A DNA stretch of 64,000 nt from an uncultured Bacteroidota bacterium (GTDB taxonomy: Bacteria; Bacteroidota; Bacteroidia; Flavobacteriales; BACL11): contig CACIJW010000003.1 of the NCBI GenBank assembly GCA_902587125.1, positions 28,378-92,377 on the forward strand. Direction: 5' to 3'. The position numbers and the translations under genes were made by a program. Position 1 is the stretch's first letter, and each line of letters starts with the position of its first letter. This document shows positions 53,341-63,514 of this stretch, one piece after another. The notes below the pieces were generated by a model that was given only the letters and a program-made list of their open reading frames with translations, was not told where the DNA came from and did not search any database.

Positions 53341-54719
53341 ATATGAATTACTTCATCATAAGCGTCTGCAACAGCTTCCATTACAGCCTCACTCATTGTT
53401 GGGTGTGGATGAACTGACTTTAGTATTTCCGTTCCTGTTGTTTCTAATCTCCTTGCAACTACAGCTTCAGCTATCATTTCTGTGACATTATAACCAATCA
53501 TATGACAGCCTAGCCATTCTCCATATTTTGCATCAAATACAACCTTTACAAAGCCATCCTTATGTCCTGCAGCAGATGCTTTACCAGAGGCTGAAAAAGG
53601 AAATTTTCCAACTTTTACTTCATATCCTAGTTCTTTAGCTTTTTCCTCAGTAAGTCCAACTGACGCAATTTCTGGCGAGCAATAAGTGCATCCTGGAATA
53701 TTAGAATAGTTTAAAGGTTCAACATCATGACCAGTAATTTTTTCCACACATAAAATTCCCTCAGCAGATGCTACATGAGCCAATGCTTGAGTTGGTAACA
53801 TATCACCAATTGCGTATATTCCTGGAATATTTGTTCTGTAAAACTTGTCAACAATTACTCTGCCATTTTCTATGCTAACCCCTAATTCCTCAAGCCCAAT
53901 TCCTTCAATATTAGCTTCAATTCCAACTGCTGATAAAACAACATCACAATCAATAGTTTGTTCAGAATCTTTTGTTTTTGCGTGTACAATGCATTTGTCT
54001 TTGACATCAACCTTTTCCACAGAAGTTTGAGTTAATATTTTAATTCCAAGCTTTTTGAACGATCTCTGTAATTGCTTTGAAATATCATTATCTTCAATAG
54101 GAACGATATTTTTTTGATATTCAACAATTGTCACCTCTGACCCCATTGTAGCGTAGAAATATGCGAATTCAACGCCAATTGCACCCGAACCAATGATTAC
54201 AAGCTTCTTTGGAATTTCTTTTAGGGTCATTGCTTCTCTGTATCCAATAACTTTGGATCCATCTTGAGGGATATTCGGTAGAACTCTAGATCTTGCACCT
54301 GTAGCTAAAATAATATGAGTAGATTTATAAGTTTCCTTTTTTCCAGAACTTGTCACTTCAACTTTTCCTGGTTCAGTAATTTTTCCATGTCCAAAAATCA
54401 CATCAATTTTATTTTTTTTCATCAAATATTCAATTCCTTTGCTCATACCATTTGCTATGTCTCTAGACCTTTTGATAACCTCGACAAAATCTAAATTTGA
54501 GCCATTTACTTGAATACCATATGTAGAGGCCTTATTTATGTATTCAAAGACTTGAGCACTTTTTAAAAGAGCCTTCGTAGGAATACACCCCCAATTCAAG
54601 CATATTCCACCCAAACTCTCCTTTTCTATTATTGCTGTTTTCAATCCTAGTTGAGACGCTCTAATTGCAGTAACATAACCACCAGGACCACTTCCAATTA
54701 CTATTAAGTCGTAATTCAT
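53337..54719 (-). CDS. lpdA: dihydrolipoyl dehydrogenase
   Basis: 460 aa. FAD motif GSGPGGY, redox disulfide GGICLNWGCIPTK, and the C-terminal interface HPHPTMSE. Confidence 0.95.
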   Translation of the reverse strand: MNYDLIVIGSGPGGYVTAIRASQLGLKTAIIEKESLGGICLNWGCIPTKALLKSAQVFEYINKASTYGIQVNGSNLDFVEVIKRSRDIANGMSKGIEYLMKKNKIDVIFGHGKITEPGKVEVTSSGKKETYKSTHIILATGARSRVLPNIPQDGSKVIGYREAMTLKEIPKKLVIIGSGAIGVEFAYFYATMGSEVTIVEYQKNIVPIEDNDISKQLQRSFKKLGIKILTQTSVEKVDVKDKCIVHAKTKDSEQTIDCDVVLSAVGIEANIEGIGLEELGVSIENGRVIVDKFYRTNIPGIYAIGDMLPTQALAHVASAEGILCVEKITGHDVEPLNYSNIPGCTYCSPEIASVGLTEEKAKELGYEVKVGKFPFSASGKASAAGHKDGFVKVVFDAKYGEWLGCHMIGYNVTEMIAEAVVARRLETTGTEILKSVHPHPTMSEAVMEAVADAYDEVIHI

Positions 54720-54729
54720 TTTATACGTT

Positions 54730-55128
54730 TTAGTTATTATTCTTTTTTGACCAAGATATTTCCCAATCTTTAAATTCTGCAGCTAAACAATCAATCTTAT
54801 AATCTTTTCTACCGCCAACTTTTTCTTGAATTATATTCTTTGCAGTATTTCTTATTCCATTTAGTCCATGTGTTAGCTCTAAATTATTACCATCTTTAAT
54901 TCCTTTTCTGTAATTGGATTCATTATGCCATATATGTAAGTTCATTTGAGATAGTACAATGACAGCTCTTATTAGTTCAGAATCCTGACCCTCTAAATTT
55001 ATATCGTGCAAAATTTCTTGAATTTCTTTTGCATATTCCTCTTTATGCTCAGGAATAAAAACCTCTTTTAATTGAACTATTGAAAGTCTGTCTATGAGTT
55101 CAGAAAGTGTTGGTAAATATTTTTTCAT
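54730..55128 (-). CDS. conserved hypothetical protein (possibly DUF4254-like)
   Basis: The track ORF begins at a TTG that is part of the promoter box. ATG 55128 gives MKKYLPTLSELIDRLSIVQLK (132 aa). It is helical, and MNLHIWHNESNYRKG plus NGIRNTAKNIIQEKV loosely recall DUF4254. No firm assignment. Confidence 0.5.
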   Translation of the reverse strand: MKKYLPTLSELIDRLSIVQLKEVFIPEHKEEYAKEIQEILHDINLEGQDSELIRAVIVLSQMNLHIWHNESNYRKGIKDGNNLELTHGLNGIRNTAKNIIQEKVGGRKDYKIDCLAAEFKDWEISWSKKNNN

Positions 55129-55137
55129 TTTTTTCTT

Positions 55138-55145
55138 CAAATCTA
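55138..55145 (-). promoter_or_regulatory. putative -7 box (TAGATTTG) for the hypothetical gene and lpdA
   Basis: The minus strand reads TAGATTTG-AAGAAAAAA-ATG. Confidence 0.4.
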
Positions 55146-55213
55146 ATAAAAAGTAATGTTTTATTCTGATTAAATTAATTGAAATGATTTAAAATTTAAT
55201 TATACCAAATTTG

Positions 55214-55221
55214 TAGATTTG
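55214..55221 (+). promoter_or_regulatory. putative -7 box (TAGATTTG) abutting the M61 peptidase start
   Basis: The plus strand reads TAGATTTG-A-ATG-ATG. The second ATG (55226) lies 4 nt after the box. Confidence 0.4.
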
Positions 55222-55222
55222 A

Positions 55223-56929
55223 ATGATGATTGAATATAACATTAGCTATAAAAAACCTTGGAGACATTTTATTGATTTTGAGTTGAAATTTGAGACTAAT
55301 GGTTGTAAAAAAATTATTTTAAAGCTAGCAAGTTGGCGCCCAGGAAGATATGAACTGGCTAATTATGCACAGTATATCCAAAAATGGTCTGCGTTTAGCA
55401 TTAACGGGAAAAGATTAAAATTCAAAAAAATTGATAAAGATTCTTGGTTAATTGAGTGCAATGGATTAGAAAAAGTAAAAGTAAAATATAACTTTTATGC
55501 AAACCTACTTAACGCTGGTAGTTCATTTTTAGATGAAAACCAATTATATCTAAATCCGGTCAATTGTATTTTTTACCTTGAGAATAAAATTGATGAAAAA
55601 TATAAACTAACATTAGATATTCCCTCAAATTATAAAATTGCAACTTCTTTATCAAAAAAAGGTAATACATTACATTCTGAAAATTTTGACTCATTAGCTG
55701 AATCACCAATTATATGCTCAAAAAACTTACAACATAATTCCTACGAAGTTGATAATATTTTATTTCACCTTTGGTTTGAAGGAAGTTGTAAGCCTAATTG
55801 GAAAAAATTAATTTCAGATTTCAAAAGATTTACTCAAAGTCAAATTAATCATTTTGGAGACTTTCCAGTGGATGAATATCATTTTTTATTTCAAATTACT
55901 CCCTACCGTTCCTATCATGGAGTTGAACACACAAAAAATACAGTTCTTTTACTTGGCCCAAGTGATGATTTAATGACAGAAAGATATGACGATTTATTAG
56001 GCGTATGTTCTCATGAACTTTACCACACATGGAACATTAAATCTATTAGACCTATTGAAATGTTACCTTATGATTACTCAAAGGAAAATTACTTTAGAAC
56101 AGGCTATGTTGCTGAGGGAGTAACTACATATATGGGTGATTTATTTCTTATCAATAGTAAAGTTTTTTCATGGGATGATTTTATTAAAACACAAAATCAA
56201 AATTTATATAGGCATTTAATGAACTATGGACGTTTCAATTTATCTGTTGCAGATAGTGGTTTTGATAGTTGGCTTGATGGTTACAAAATGGGAACACCTG
56301 ACAGAAAAGTGTCAATTTATCCTGATGGAGCATTATGTATGCTAATGATAGACTTAAACATTATAAAAAATAGTGACACGAAAAATTCTCTCCACTGTGT
56401 GATGAAAGATCTTTACACAAAATATGCAAAAAAAGAAATTGGGTACAGTGAAGATGATTTTAAATCTTTATGCATAAAATATGGTGGTAATGAGGTATCT
56501 AAAATTTTTCAAAATCATATATACGGAACCAGTGATTACATACCAAGTTTAAAAAAATCAATTGAAATTGTTGGCTTAAAGCTTGTTGAAAAAAAGAATC
56601 CTGACTTGCTTTGTAGATATTTTGGTATTGTCTCACAAATTTCCAATAATAAGTTAATTATTAAAAAAGTTGAACCAAACTCGACAGCTGATCAAAATGG
56701 CATTGGACCCGAGGATATTATACTTGAAATTAACAATAATAAAAATGTAAAAGACTATAAAGAAATATTAGCTAAGTCTGATAATTTAGTTTCAATGAAA
56801 ATTGAAAAAAAACTTTCTTTAAAGAATTTTGAATTAGAAAAAGGCAATTACTTTAAACTTTTAGAATTCAAAAAAGAATACAACATTTCTGACAATCAGT
56901 CTAAATGCCAAAAAAAATGGCTTAGTTGA
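55223..56929 (+). CDS. M61-family metallopeptidase with C-terminal PDZ-like domain
   Basis: 568 aa. Zinc motif HELYHTWN (HExxH). N-terminal beta domain and a C-terminal ~90-aa PDZ-like segment (GIVSQISNNKLIIKKVEPNSTADQNGIGPEDIILEINN). The start may be the second ATG at 55226. Confidence 0.75.
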   Translation: MMIEYNISYKKPWRHFIDFELKFETNGCKKIILKLASWRPGRYELANYAQYIQKWSAFSINGKRLKFKKIDKDSWLIECNGLEKVKVKYNFYANLLNAGSSFLDENQLYLNPVNCIFYLENKIDEKYKLTLDIPSNYKIATSLSKKGNTLHSENFDSLAESPIICSKNLQHNSYEVDNILFHLWFEGSCKPNWKKLISDFKRFTQSQINHFGDFPVDEYHFLFQITPYRSYHGVEHTKNTVLLLGPSDDLMTERYDDLLGVCSHELYHTWNIKSIRPIEMLPYDYSKENYFRTGYVAEGVTTYMGDLFLINSKVFSWDDFIKTQNQNLYRHLMNYGRFNLSVADSGFDSWLDGYKMGTPDRKVSIYPDGALCMLMIDLNIIKNSDTKNSLHCVMKDLYTKYAKKEIGYSEDDFKSLCIKYGGNEVSKIFQNHIYGTSDYIPSLKKSIEIVGLKLVEKKNPDLLCRYFGIVSQISNNKLIIKKVEPNSTADQNGIGPEDIILEINNNKNVKDYKEILAKSDNLVSMKIEKKLSLKNFELEKGNYFKLLEFKKEYNISDNQSKCQKKWLS

Positions 56930-56947
56930 ATATACAATTATCAATAT

Positions 56948-57475
56948 ATGATTAAAATAAATAACAAGATTTTTGAGAAGTTTATTTCAGATGTTGAAAT
57001 AGAAAATTCTATTTCTAGAATAGCTAATGAAATAAGTTCATTAAAAATTGAAAAACCAATTTTTTTATGCGTATTAGATGGATCATTCATTTTTGCCTCT
57101 GATTTAGTCAGAAAAATTAATCAAAACATTGAAGTAACTTTTGTTAAAATTTCATCATATATAGGGACAAAATCAACAGGAACTGTAAAAGAACTAATAG
57201 GACTAAAAAACGATATAAAAAAAAGAAATATTATTATAGTTGAAGATATTGTTGACACTGGAACCACTTTATCTGAATTGTTTAAGATTCTCAAAAAACT
57301 TGAAGTAAAAAGCATAAGAACTGCTACCTTACTTTATAAACCAGATTCCTACCATGGAAAAATTCCAATAGATTTTATTGGTTTTTCTATCCCAAGTAGA
57401 TTTGTTATTGGATATGGCTTGGATTATGATGAAATTGGTCGTAATTTGCCACACATTTATAAATTAAAATATTAA
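56948..57475 (+). CDS. hpt: hypoxanthine phosphoribosyltransferase
   Basis: 175 aa. PRPP-binding motif IIIVEDIVDTGTTL, and the C-terminal region GYGLDYDEIGRNLPHIY. Confidence 0.92.
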   Translation: MIKINNKIFEKFISDVEIENSISRIANEISSLKIEKPIFLCVLDGSFIFASDLVRKINQNIEVTFVKISSYIGTKSTGTVKELIGLKNDIKKRNIIIVEDIVDTGTTLSELFKILKKLEVKSIRTATLLYKPDSYHGKIPIDFIGFSIPSRFVIGYGLDYDEIGRNLPHIYKLKY

Positions 57476-57477
57476 TT

Positions 57478-58050
57478 ATGCTTAATGTAGTTTTATTTGG
57501 ACCTCCTGGAGCAGGAAAAGGTACTCAAGCGGATTTATTAGTTCAGAAATATGAACTTAAACATCTTTCAACTGGTGATATACTTCGTAATGAAATAAAA
57601 AATAAATCTGAGCTAGGTCTAAAAGCTCAATCTTACATGGATTCCGGCAACCTAGTTCCTGATAGAGTTGTCATAGATATGATTTCAAAAAAAATTGATA
57701 ATAATATGGATGTTAAGGGATTTATTTTTGATGGATTTCCAAGAACAACAACTCAAGCTGAGGCGTTGGATAAATTGCTTGATGAGAAATGTATTCCTAT
57801 TAAAATCATGCTCTCATTAACGGTAGATGATGAAGTACTAATAAAAAGATTAATAAAAAGAGGACTTGAATCTGGAAGAGCCGACGACCAAAATCAGAAA
57901 ATAATTGAGAACAGAATCAAAGAGTATAATAAAAAAACTTCCCCTCTAAAAGACTATTTCAAATTACAAGAAAAATTAGAGGAAATAGCTGGAATGGGAA
58001 GTATTGAAGAAATCTCAAAAAAAATACACTCCGCTTTAGATAAGATTTAA
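57478..58050 (+). CDS. adk: adenylate kinase (short-lid form)
   Basis: 190 aa. P-loop GPPGAGKGTQ, STGDILR and GFPRT. Confidence 0.96.
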   Translation: MLNVVLFGPPGAGKGTQADLLVQKYELKHLSTGDILRNEIKNKSELGLKAQSYMDSGNLVPDRVVIDMISKKIDNNMDVKGFIFDGFPRTTTQAEALDKLLDEKCIPIKIMLSLTVDDEVLIKRLIKRGLESGRADDQNQKIIENRIKEYNKKTSPLKDYFKLQEKLEEIAGMGSIEEISKKIHSALDKI

Positions 58051-58056
58051 TCTATC

Positions 58057-59061
58057 ATGAAGGCAAAGAACACAAACTTCATAGACTATGTAAAAATATT
58101 CTGCCGTTCTGGTAAAGGAGGTGCCGGTAGCACTCATTTTCATAGAAGCAAAACAACTTCTAAAGGAGGCCCAGATGGAGGTGATGGGGGAAATGGAGGT
58201 AATATCATTCTCAGAGGTAATAGTCAAATGTGGACCCTATTACACTTAAAGTTTAAAAAACATTTATTTGCTGAGCATGGTTCATCTGGAAGTGGTAATC
58301 ACAAGCATGGTAAAGATGGAAAAGATACAATAATTAATGTACCCTTAGGTACTGTTGCTAAATATGCAGAAAGCGATCAAATTATTTTCGAAATAACAGA
58401 AAATGAAGAAGAGAAAACTTTGGTTAAGGGAGGAATGGGTGGTAGAGGAAATTCTCATTTTAAAACTTCTACAAATCAAGCCCCAAGATATGCTCAACCT
58501 GGAATTGATTATGAAGAAGGTTGGTTTGTTCTTGAGCTTAAAGTTCTTGCTGATATAGGCTTAGTTGGGTTTCCAAATGCAGGAAAATCTACACTATTAT
58601 CTGTTCTATCTGCAGCAAAACCTGAGATTGCAGATTACCCATTCACAACACTTACCCCTAATCTTGGAATTGTCTCATATTACAATAATCAATCATTTAT
58701 TATGGCGGATATTCCTGGAATAATTGAGGGAGCAGCAGATGGGAAAGGTTTGGGTCTAAGATTTTTAAGACATATTGAAAGAAATTCCGTACTTCTTTTT
58801 ATGATTCCTGCTGATAGTAATGATATAACACAAGAATACAAAACGTTAAATAATGAACTTAAAAAATATAACCCTGACTTATTAGATAAAGAAAGAGTTA
58901 TAGCACTGACAAAATGTGATTTATTAGATGACGAACTTAAACATGAAATAAAAGAAGAAATAAGTAAAGAACTAACTGATGTTATTTTTATATCATCTTT
59001 ATCAAATTTTGGACTCAGTGACTTAAAAAATAACTTATGGCAAAAGCTTAATGATGCATAA
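58057..59061 (+). CDS. obg: GTPase Obg/CgtA
   Basis: 334 aa. Gly-rich Obg fold [15 protein letters not shown]1 GFPNAGKST, and DIPGIIEGA. Confidence 0.96.
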   Translation: MKAKNTNFIDYVKIFCRSGKGGAGSTHFHRSKTTSKGGPDGGDGGNGGNIILRGNSQMWTLLHLKFKKHLFAEHGSSGSGNHKHGKDGKDTIINVPLGTVAKYAESDQIIFEITENEEEKTLVKGGMGGRGNSHFKTSTNQAPRYAQPGIDYEEGWFVLELKVLADIGLVGFPNAGKSTLLSVLSAAKPEIADYPFTTLTPNLGIVSYYNNQSFIMADIPGIIEGAADGKGLGLRFLRHIERNSVLLFMIPADSNDITQEYKTLNNELKKYNPDLLDKERVIALTKCDLLDDELKHEIKEEISKELTDVIFISSLSNFGLSDLKNNLWQKLNDA

Positions 59062-59608
59062 TTACTTATCAAATTTTAATGAAAAGGTTTTTTTTATGAT
59101 TAACCAGTCAGGTTTCGAAACGATTGATCCCTTTTTCATAATGATCAGTAATAAATTTATTTGGATACCACTATATTTATACTTACTATATTTAATTTAT
59201 AGAAAAAAGGAATTTATTTTTTTTAAATTAATTATTACACTAGTGATATTAATTTTTATATCTGATTTTGGCAGTGTACATTTATTTAAAAATCAATTTA
59301 AGATTTTGAGACCTTGTCATGATTCATTGATTTCACAATCAATGAGACATGTTGTTGATTGTGGTGGCTTATATTCATTTATTTCTTCACATGCAGCAAA
59401 CTCTTTCGCAGTTGCATTTTTCACAAGTATGACTATAAAAAATAAGATATTTTTTATATATATCACAAGCTGGGCAATACTTATATCATACTCTAGAGTA
59501 TATCTCGGTGTTCATTTTCCACTTGATGTTATTTTTGGGATGTTGTGGGGACTTATGGCCTCATTAATGAGTTATAAATTATTGATAAAATTTGCAAAAA
59601 TTGATTAG
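59051..59608 (+). CDS. PAP2-family membrane phosphatase
   Basis: 185 aa. Motifs KILRPC (KxxxxxxRP), SSH, and [12 protein letters not shown] (SRxxxxxHxxxD). The start is uncertain, with several in-frame Met codons. Confidence 0.8.
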   Translation: MMHNYLSNFNEKVFFMINQSGFETIDPFFIMISNKFIWIPLYLYLLYLIYRKKEFIFFKLIITLVILIFISDFGSVHLFKNQFKILRPCHDSLISQSMRHVVDCGGLYSFISSHAANSFAVAFFTSMTIKNKIFFIYITSWAILISYSRVYLGVHFPLDVIFGMLWGLMASLMSYKLLIKFAKID

Positions 59609-59609
59609 C

Positions 59610-59756
59610 ATGAAGTTATTTGACAAATTTTGGTTTCTTTGGCTTACTTTAATTTGCATTTGGAACTTTGGATGGCCTAATGCTTTGGCTCACTATGACG
59701 TATTAGTTGCAATTGCTTTATCTATTATAATTTTTAAAATTAAACTTAAAAAATGA
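59610..59756 (+). CDS. small hydrophobic ORF (48 aa), putative membrane peptide
   Basis: Below the track cutoff. Manual translation gives MKLFDKFWFLWLTLICIWNFGWPNALAHYDVLVAIALSIIIFKIKLKK. The ATG lies 1 nt after the PAP2 stop. Its TGA overlaps the next gene's ATG (ATGA), and it fills the whole gap between the two genes. Confidence 0.4.
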   Translation: MKLFDKFWFLWLTLICIWNFGWPNALAHYDVLVAIALSIIIFKIKLKK

Positions 59757-61345
59757 AAAAAACACTATTAATCATCATAATAAACCTACAGTTTTTTTAT
59801 TCATTTTCTCAAGAGAAAAAAATTCTAGTTGTTGGTATAGTTGTCGATCAAATGAGATATGATTATGTGTACAGATTTTGGGAGAACTTTAATAATAGCG
59901 GATTTAAAACTTTAGTAAACGAAGGATATTTTTTTAGAAACACTCACTTTTCATTTATGCCTACATATACTGGACCCGGGCATGCAACTATTGCCACAGG
60001 GACAACCCCTTCAAATCACGGAATAATAGCAAATAATTGGTTTGATAGATATAGCAAGGAAAACATATACTGCGCTGGAGATGGAGAAATGCATACAATC
60101 TGTAATTGTGACTATAAATTTGACATAATTTCTAGAGACGGACAAATGTCTCCTAAACATTTACTAACCTCTACCATTGGAGATCAAATAAAATTGTTTG
60201 ACGATAATTCAAAAGTTTTTGGTATTTCTTTGAAAGACAGAGGAGCAATTCTATCTGCAGGTCACTCAGCTGATGCTTGCTATTGGATGAATAAAGAGGG
60301 TGAATGGATATCAAGCAGTTATTATATGAGTGAGCTGCCTAAATGGATTGTTGATTTTCAAACAAAGAACTCTGCAAAATCATATTTAGCAAAAAACTGG
60401 AGTTTAGACAAAAAATTTAATTATAATTTAGATTCATTATCAAATTTTGAGGGAAATGGGATTATAAAGTCAACTCCTCACGGAAATTCTATTTTGGCTG
60501 ATTTAGCAATAGAATTAATGAAACAAGAGAAATTAGGCAAAAATGAATCAACTGACTTTTTAATATTAAGTTTTTCTTCTACAGACTATATAGGTCATAA
60601 ATATGGACCTCATTCTCCAGAAATTGAAGATACATACAATAAATTAGATAATGACATAGCAAAAATTATCAGCCATATTGAAAAGTATATTGGTAAAGAA
60701 AATTCTCTTATTTTTTTAACAGCTGATCATGGAGTAGTTTCTGAACCAAGTGTTTTGACATCAAAAAAAATACCATCGGGCTACTTCTCAACACGTAACT
60801 TAAAGTCAGACTTAGCTGAACATATCAGAGACAGATTAAACTTATCAACAAAAGATATCAGCGACAACGAACTCATTCTTAATGTATCAAATGATCAAAT
60901 TTTTTTAAATAGAGATTTTATTATGGAAAATTTGGGATATGAGGTCATTGAAAAAATAAGAAAAATATCTGTTGACTATTTGATAGATTATCATCCAGCG
61001 ATAAAAAAAACATATCATTATAAGCAACTTGAAGAGAGTGAGTATTTAGATGCCCCAAATTCTCTAATTCAAAAGGGGTTTAATAGTAAAAGATCTGGTG
61101 ATATAATTTATACACTTGAACCAGGCTGGATTAACTTTAGTTGGAAAAAAGGAGGTACTACTCACGGTTCATGCTTTAGCTACGATACTCATGTTCCATT
61201 ACTTTTTTGGGGTGGTAATATTAAAAAGGGTCACACTGATCGAAGAACCAATGTTAAAGATATTGCACCAACTATTGCTCAAATATTAAAAATTTCACAT
61301 CCAAATGGATCAACTGGTAATCCTTTATATGAAATAACAGAATGA
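59753..61345 (+). CDS. alkaline-phosphatase-superfamily phosphatase, PafA-like
   Basis: 530 aa with a signal peptide. Contains VVDQMRYDY, PTYTGPGHATIATGTTPSNHGI, STDYIGHKYGPHS, TADHG and GTTHGS, which are AP/NPP-superfamily metal and nucleophile motifs. Confidence 0.8.
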   Translation: MKKTLLIIIINLQFFYSFSQEKKILVVGIVVDQMRYDYVYRFWENFNNSGFKTLVNEGYFFRNTHFSFMPTYTGPGHATIATGTTPSNHGIIANNWFDRYSKENIYCAGDGEMHTICNCDYKFDIISRDGQMSPKHLLTSTIGDQIKLFDDNSKVFGISLKDRGAILSAGHSADACYWMNKEGEWISSSYYMSELPKWIVDFQTKNSAKSYLAKNWSLDKKFNYNLDSLSNFEGNGIIKSTPHGNSILADLAIELMKQEKLGKNESTDFLILSFSSTDYIGHKYGPHSPEIEDTYNKLDNDIAKIISHIEKYIGKENSLIFLTADHGVVSEPSVLTSKKIPSGYFSTRNLKSDLAEHIRDRLNLSTKDISDNELILNVSNDQIFLNRDFIMENLGYEVIEKIRKISVDYLIDYHPAIKKTYHYKQLEESEYLDAPNSLIQKGFNSKRSGDIIYTLEPGWINFSWKKGGTTHGSCFSYDTHVPLLFWGGNIKKGHTDRRTNVKDIAPTIAQILKISHPNGSTGNPLYEITE

Positions 61346-62331
61346 AAAGTATAATTTGTGAAAATTATAAAATTTTTATTGGAGAAAATATCTTAAGAAA
61401 CGTTCAACTTGGTTCTTACAAAAAGATATGTTTATTAACAGATAAAAAACAAAAAAATAACATTTTAGACTATTTTCTTAAAGAAATTAAAACTGAATTT
61501 GATATAATTGAAATTGAATCCTCTGAAATCAATAAAAATATTTCATCAGTACTAAATATTTGGAATTTTCTATCTCAAAACAATTACAATAAAAATTCAC
61601 TAATAATCAATTTAGGCGGAGGTGTTATCTGTGATGTAGGAGGATTTTGCGCTTCTACTTTCAAAAGAGGGATTGATTTTTTAAATATACCAACAACATT
61701 ACTGTCAATGGTTGATGCATCTATTGGAGGTAAAAATGGAATCAATTTTCTTGGTTTTAAGAATCAAATAGGCACATTTAAAAATCCAATTTCTGTTTAC
61801 ATTGACACAAATTTTTTAAATACATTAGAAAAAAATCAATGGTTATCAGGTTATGTTGAAATTGTCAAAAGTGCGCTAATATACGATTCTGATTTTTGGA
61901 CCTTACTGAGCTCCAAATTTTATAAAGATCATAATATTAATGATCTAATATTTAAATCATTAAAAATTAAAAAGGAAATTGTGGAAAAAGATCCATTTGA
62001 CAAGGGCCAAAGAAAAATCTTAAATTTTGGACATACAATTGGTCATGCCATTGAAAGTTTTTACTTAAACAAAAAAAAGAAAATTACTCACGGAAAAGCA
62101 ATTGCAATGGGTATAATTATGGAGCTTAAATATTCCAGAGCAAGAAAAAAGAATGAAATAATTAAGTACATTAAATCAATTTATAACGAAATCGAAGAAG
62201 TTGATATTAATTATTTAATTAAATATTTAAAGCATGATAAGAAAAATGAAGATAATCTTATCAACTTTTCTATTTTAAAGGAAATTGGCAAGTGCGATTT
62301 CAATAATCATATAAATATTGATGATTTATAA
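61342..62331 (+). CDS. aroB: 3-dehydroquinate synthase
   Basis: 329 aa. Contains NLGGGVICDVGGF, DASIGGKNGIN, NFGHTIGHAIE and HGKAIAMG. Confidence 0.9.
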   Translation: MKSIICENYKIFIGENILRNVQLGSYKKICLLTDKKQKNNILDYFLKEIKTEFDIIEIESSEINKNISSVLNIWNFLSQNNYNKNSLIINLGGGVICDVGGFCASTFKRGIDFLNIPTTLLSMVDASIGGKNGINFLGFKNQIGTFKNPISVYIDTNFLNTLEKNQWLSGYVEIVKSALIYDSDFWTLLSSKFYKDHNINDLIFKSLKIKKEIVEKDPFDKGQRKILNFGHTIGHAIESFYLNKKKKITHGKAIAMGIIMELKYSRARKKNEIIKYIKSIYNEIEEVDINYLIKYLKHDKKNEDNLINFSILKEIGKCDFNNHINIDDL

Positions 62332-63514
62332 AATATCACTAAGAAATAAAACAGTAAATTGTGAAGTTGAGCTTCCAATGTCCAAAAGTATTTCTAACAG
62401 ATTAATAATTTTATATAATCTCTATAAACATAAATATATAATTGATCAAATAGCTGACTCAAATGATAGCATTAGATTAAATAATTTAATAAAATCGCAA
62501 GAAAAAAAATTAGATGTTGAAGACTCAGGCGCTTCTTTAAGATTTTTAATATCATACTTTTCTATTCAAGTTGGTAAAACAGTAATAATAGATGGTAATG
62601 AAAGAATCAGAAAAAGACCTATACTTGAACTTGTTAATGCTCTACTGGATATTGGGGCTGACATTAAGTTTCTGAAAAGATATGGATATGCTCCAGTTCA
62701 AATCATTGGCAAAAAGTTAATAGGAAATGAAATTACAATTGATTTATCAAAGACTTCTCAATATGTTTCCTCTTTAATTATGATTGCGCCAAAATTGGAA
62801 AATGGACTTTCAATTTCTTTAAGAAATAATCATTTTTCAAAATCTTACATTTTGATGACACTAAAGTTAATGACCAAATTTGGGTTAAAGTACAAATGGA
62901 ATAATGATAAAATAATAATCAAAAAACAAAAAATTGTTCCTTATGACATTGTCGTTGAAAAAGATTGGTCAGCTTCTTCTTTTTGGATGCTTATTTGTTC
63001 ACTAGCGATAGATTCAGAAATTCTTCTTAAAAAATTAACTTACTCTGAACTTCAAGGAGATAGTATAGTTTTTAGAATTGCTGAACATTTTGGTGTTAAA
63101 ATGATTAAAAAAGGAGAAGATATGCTAATGAAAAAAATTAAGAATTTTAATGAACTGAATAGCTTAGACATCAGAGATTTTCCTGACATTTTTTTACCAA
63201 TTTCAATTCTTATTCAAGAACACAATCTAAAGACAAAAGTTTATGGAACAGAAACTCAAAAATTTAAAGAAAGTGATCGGGTTTTAAGTTTTCAGATAGG
63301 ATATAAAAACATGAAACAAAAAAAAATTATTTCTACCTTTTATGACCACAGGGTTGCAATGAGCTTTGCTGCACTAGCCATTAACAATAACTTTGTTCTA
63401 ATCGAAAATCCAGATATAGTCAAAAAATCTTATGAAAATTTTTGGAAAGATTTGAAAAAAGCCAATTTTAAAATAATGAAATTAACTCATCAAGATTTTT
63501 TATCTCAAAACTAA
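62318..63514 (+). CDS. aroA: 3-phosphoshikimate 1-carboxyvinyltransferase (EPSP synthase)
   Basis: 398 aa. Contains LPMSKSISNRLIIL, DSGASLRFL, RIRKRPI and YDHRVAMSFA. Confidence 0.88.
   Translation: MMIYKISLRNKTVNCEVELPMSKSISNRLIILYNLYKHKYIIDQIADSNDSIRLNNLIKSQEKKLDVEDSGASLRFLISYFSIQVGKTVIIDGNERIRKRPILELVNALLDIGADIKFLKRYGYAPVQIIGKKLIGNEITIDLSKTSQYVSSLIMIAPKLENGLSISLRNNHFSKSYILMTLKLMTKFGLKYKWNNDKIIIKKQKIVPYDIVVEKDWSASSFWMLICSLAIDSEILLKKLTYSELQGDSIVFRIAEHFGVKMIKKGEDMLMKKIKNFNELNSLDIRDFPDIFLPISILIQEHNLKTKVYGTETQKFKESDRVLSFQIGYKNMKQKKIISTFYDHRVAMSFAALAINNNFVLIENPDIVKKSYENFWKDLKKANFKIMKLTHQDFLSQN

Noticed and set aside
58689-59072. 127-aa minus-strand ORF
   Set aside because: It is antisense to the well-supported obg gene and has Ser/Leu-rich low complexity with no motifs. 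The 101-aa ORF at 16599..16904, antisense to fusA, is likewise rejected.
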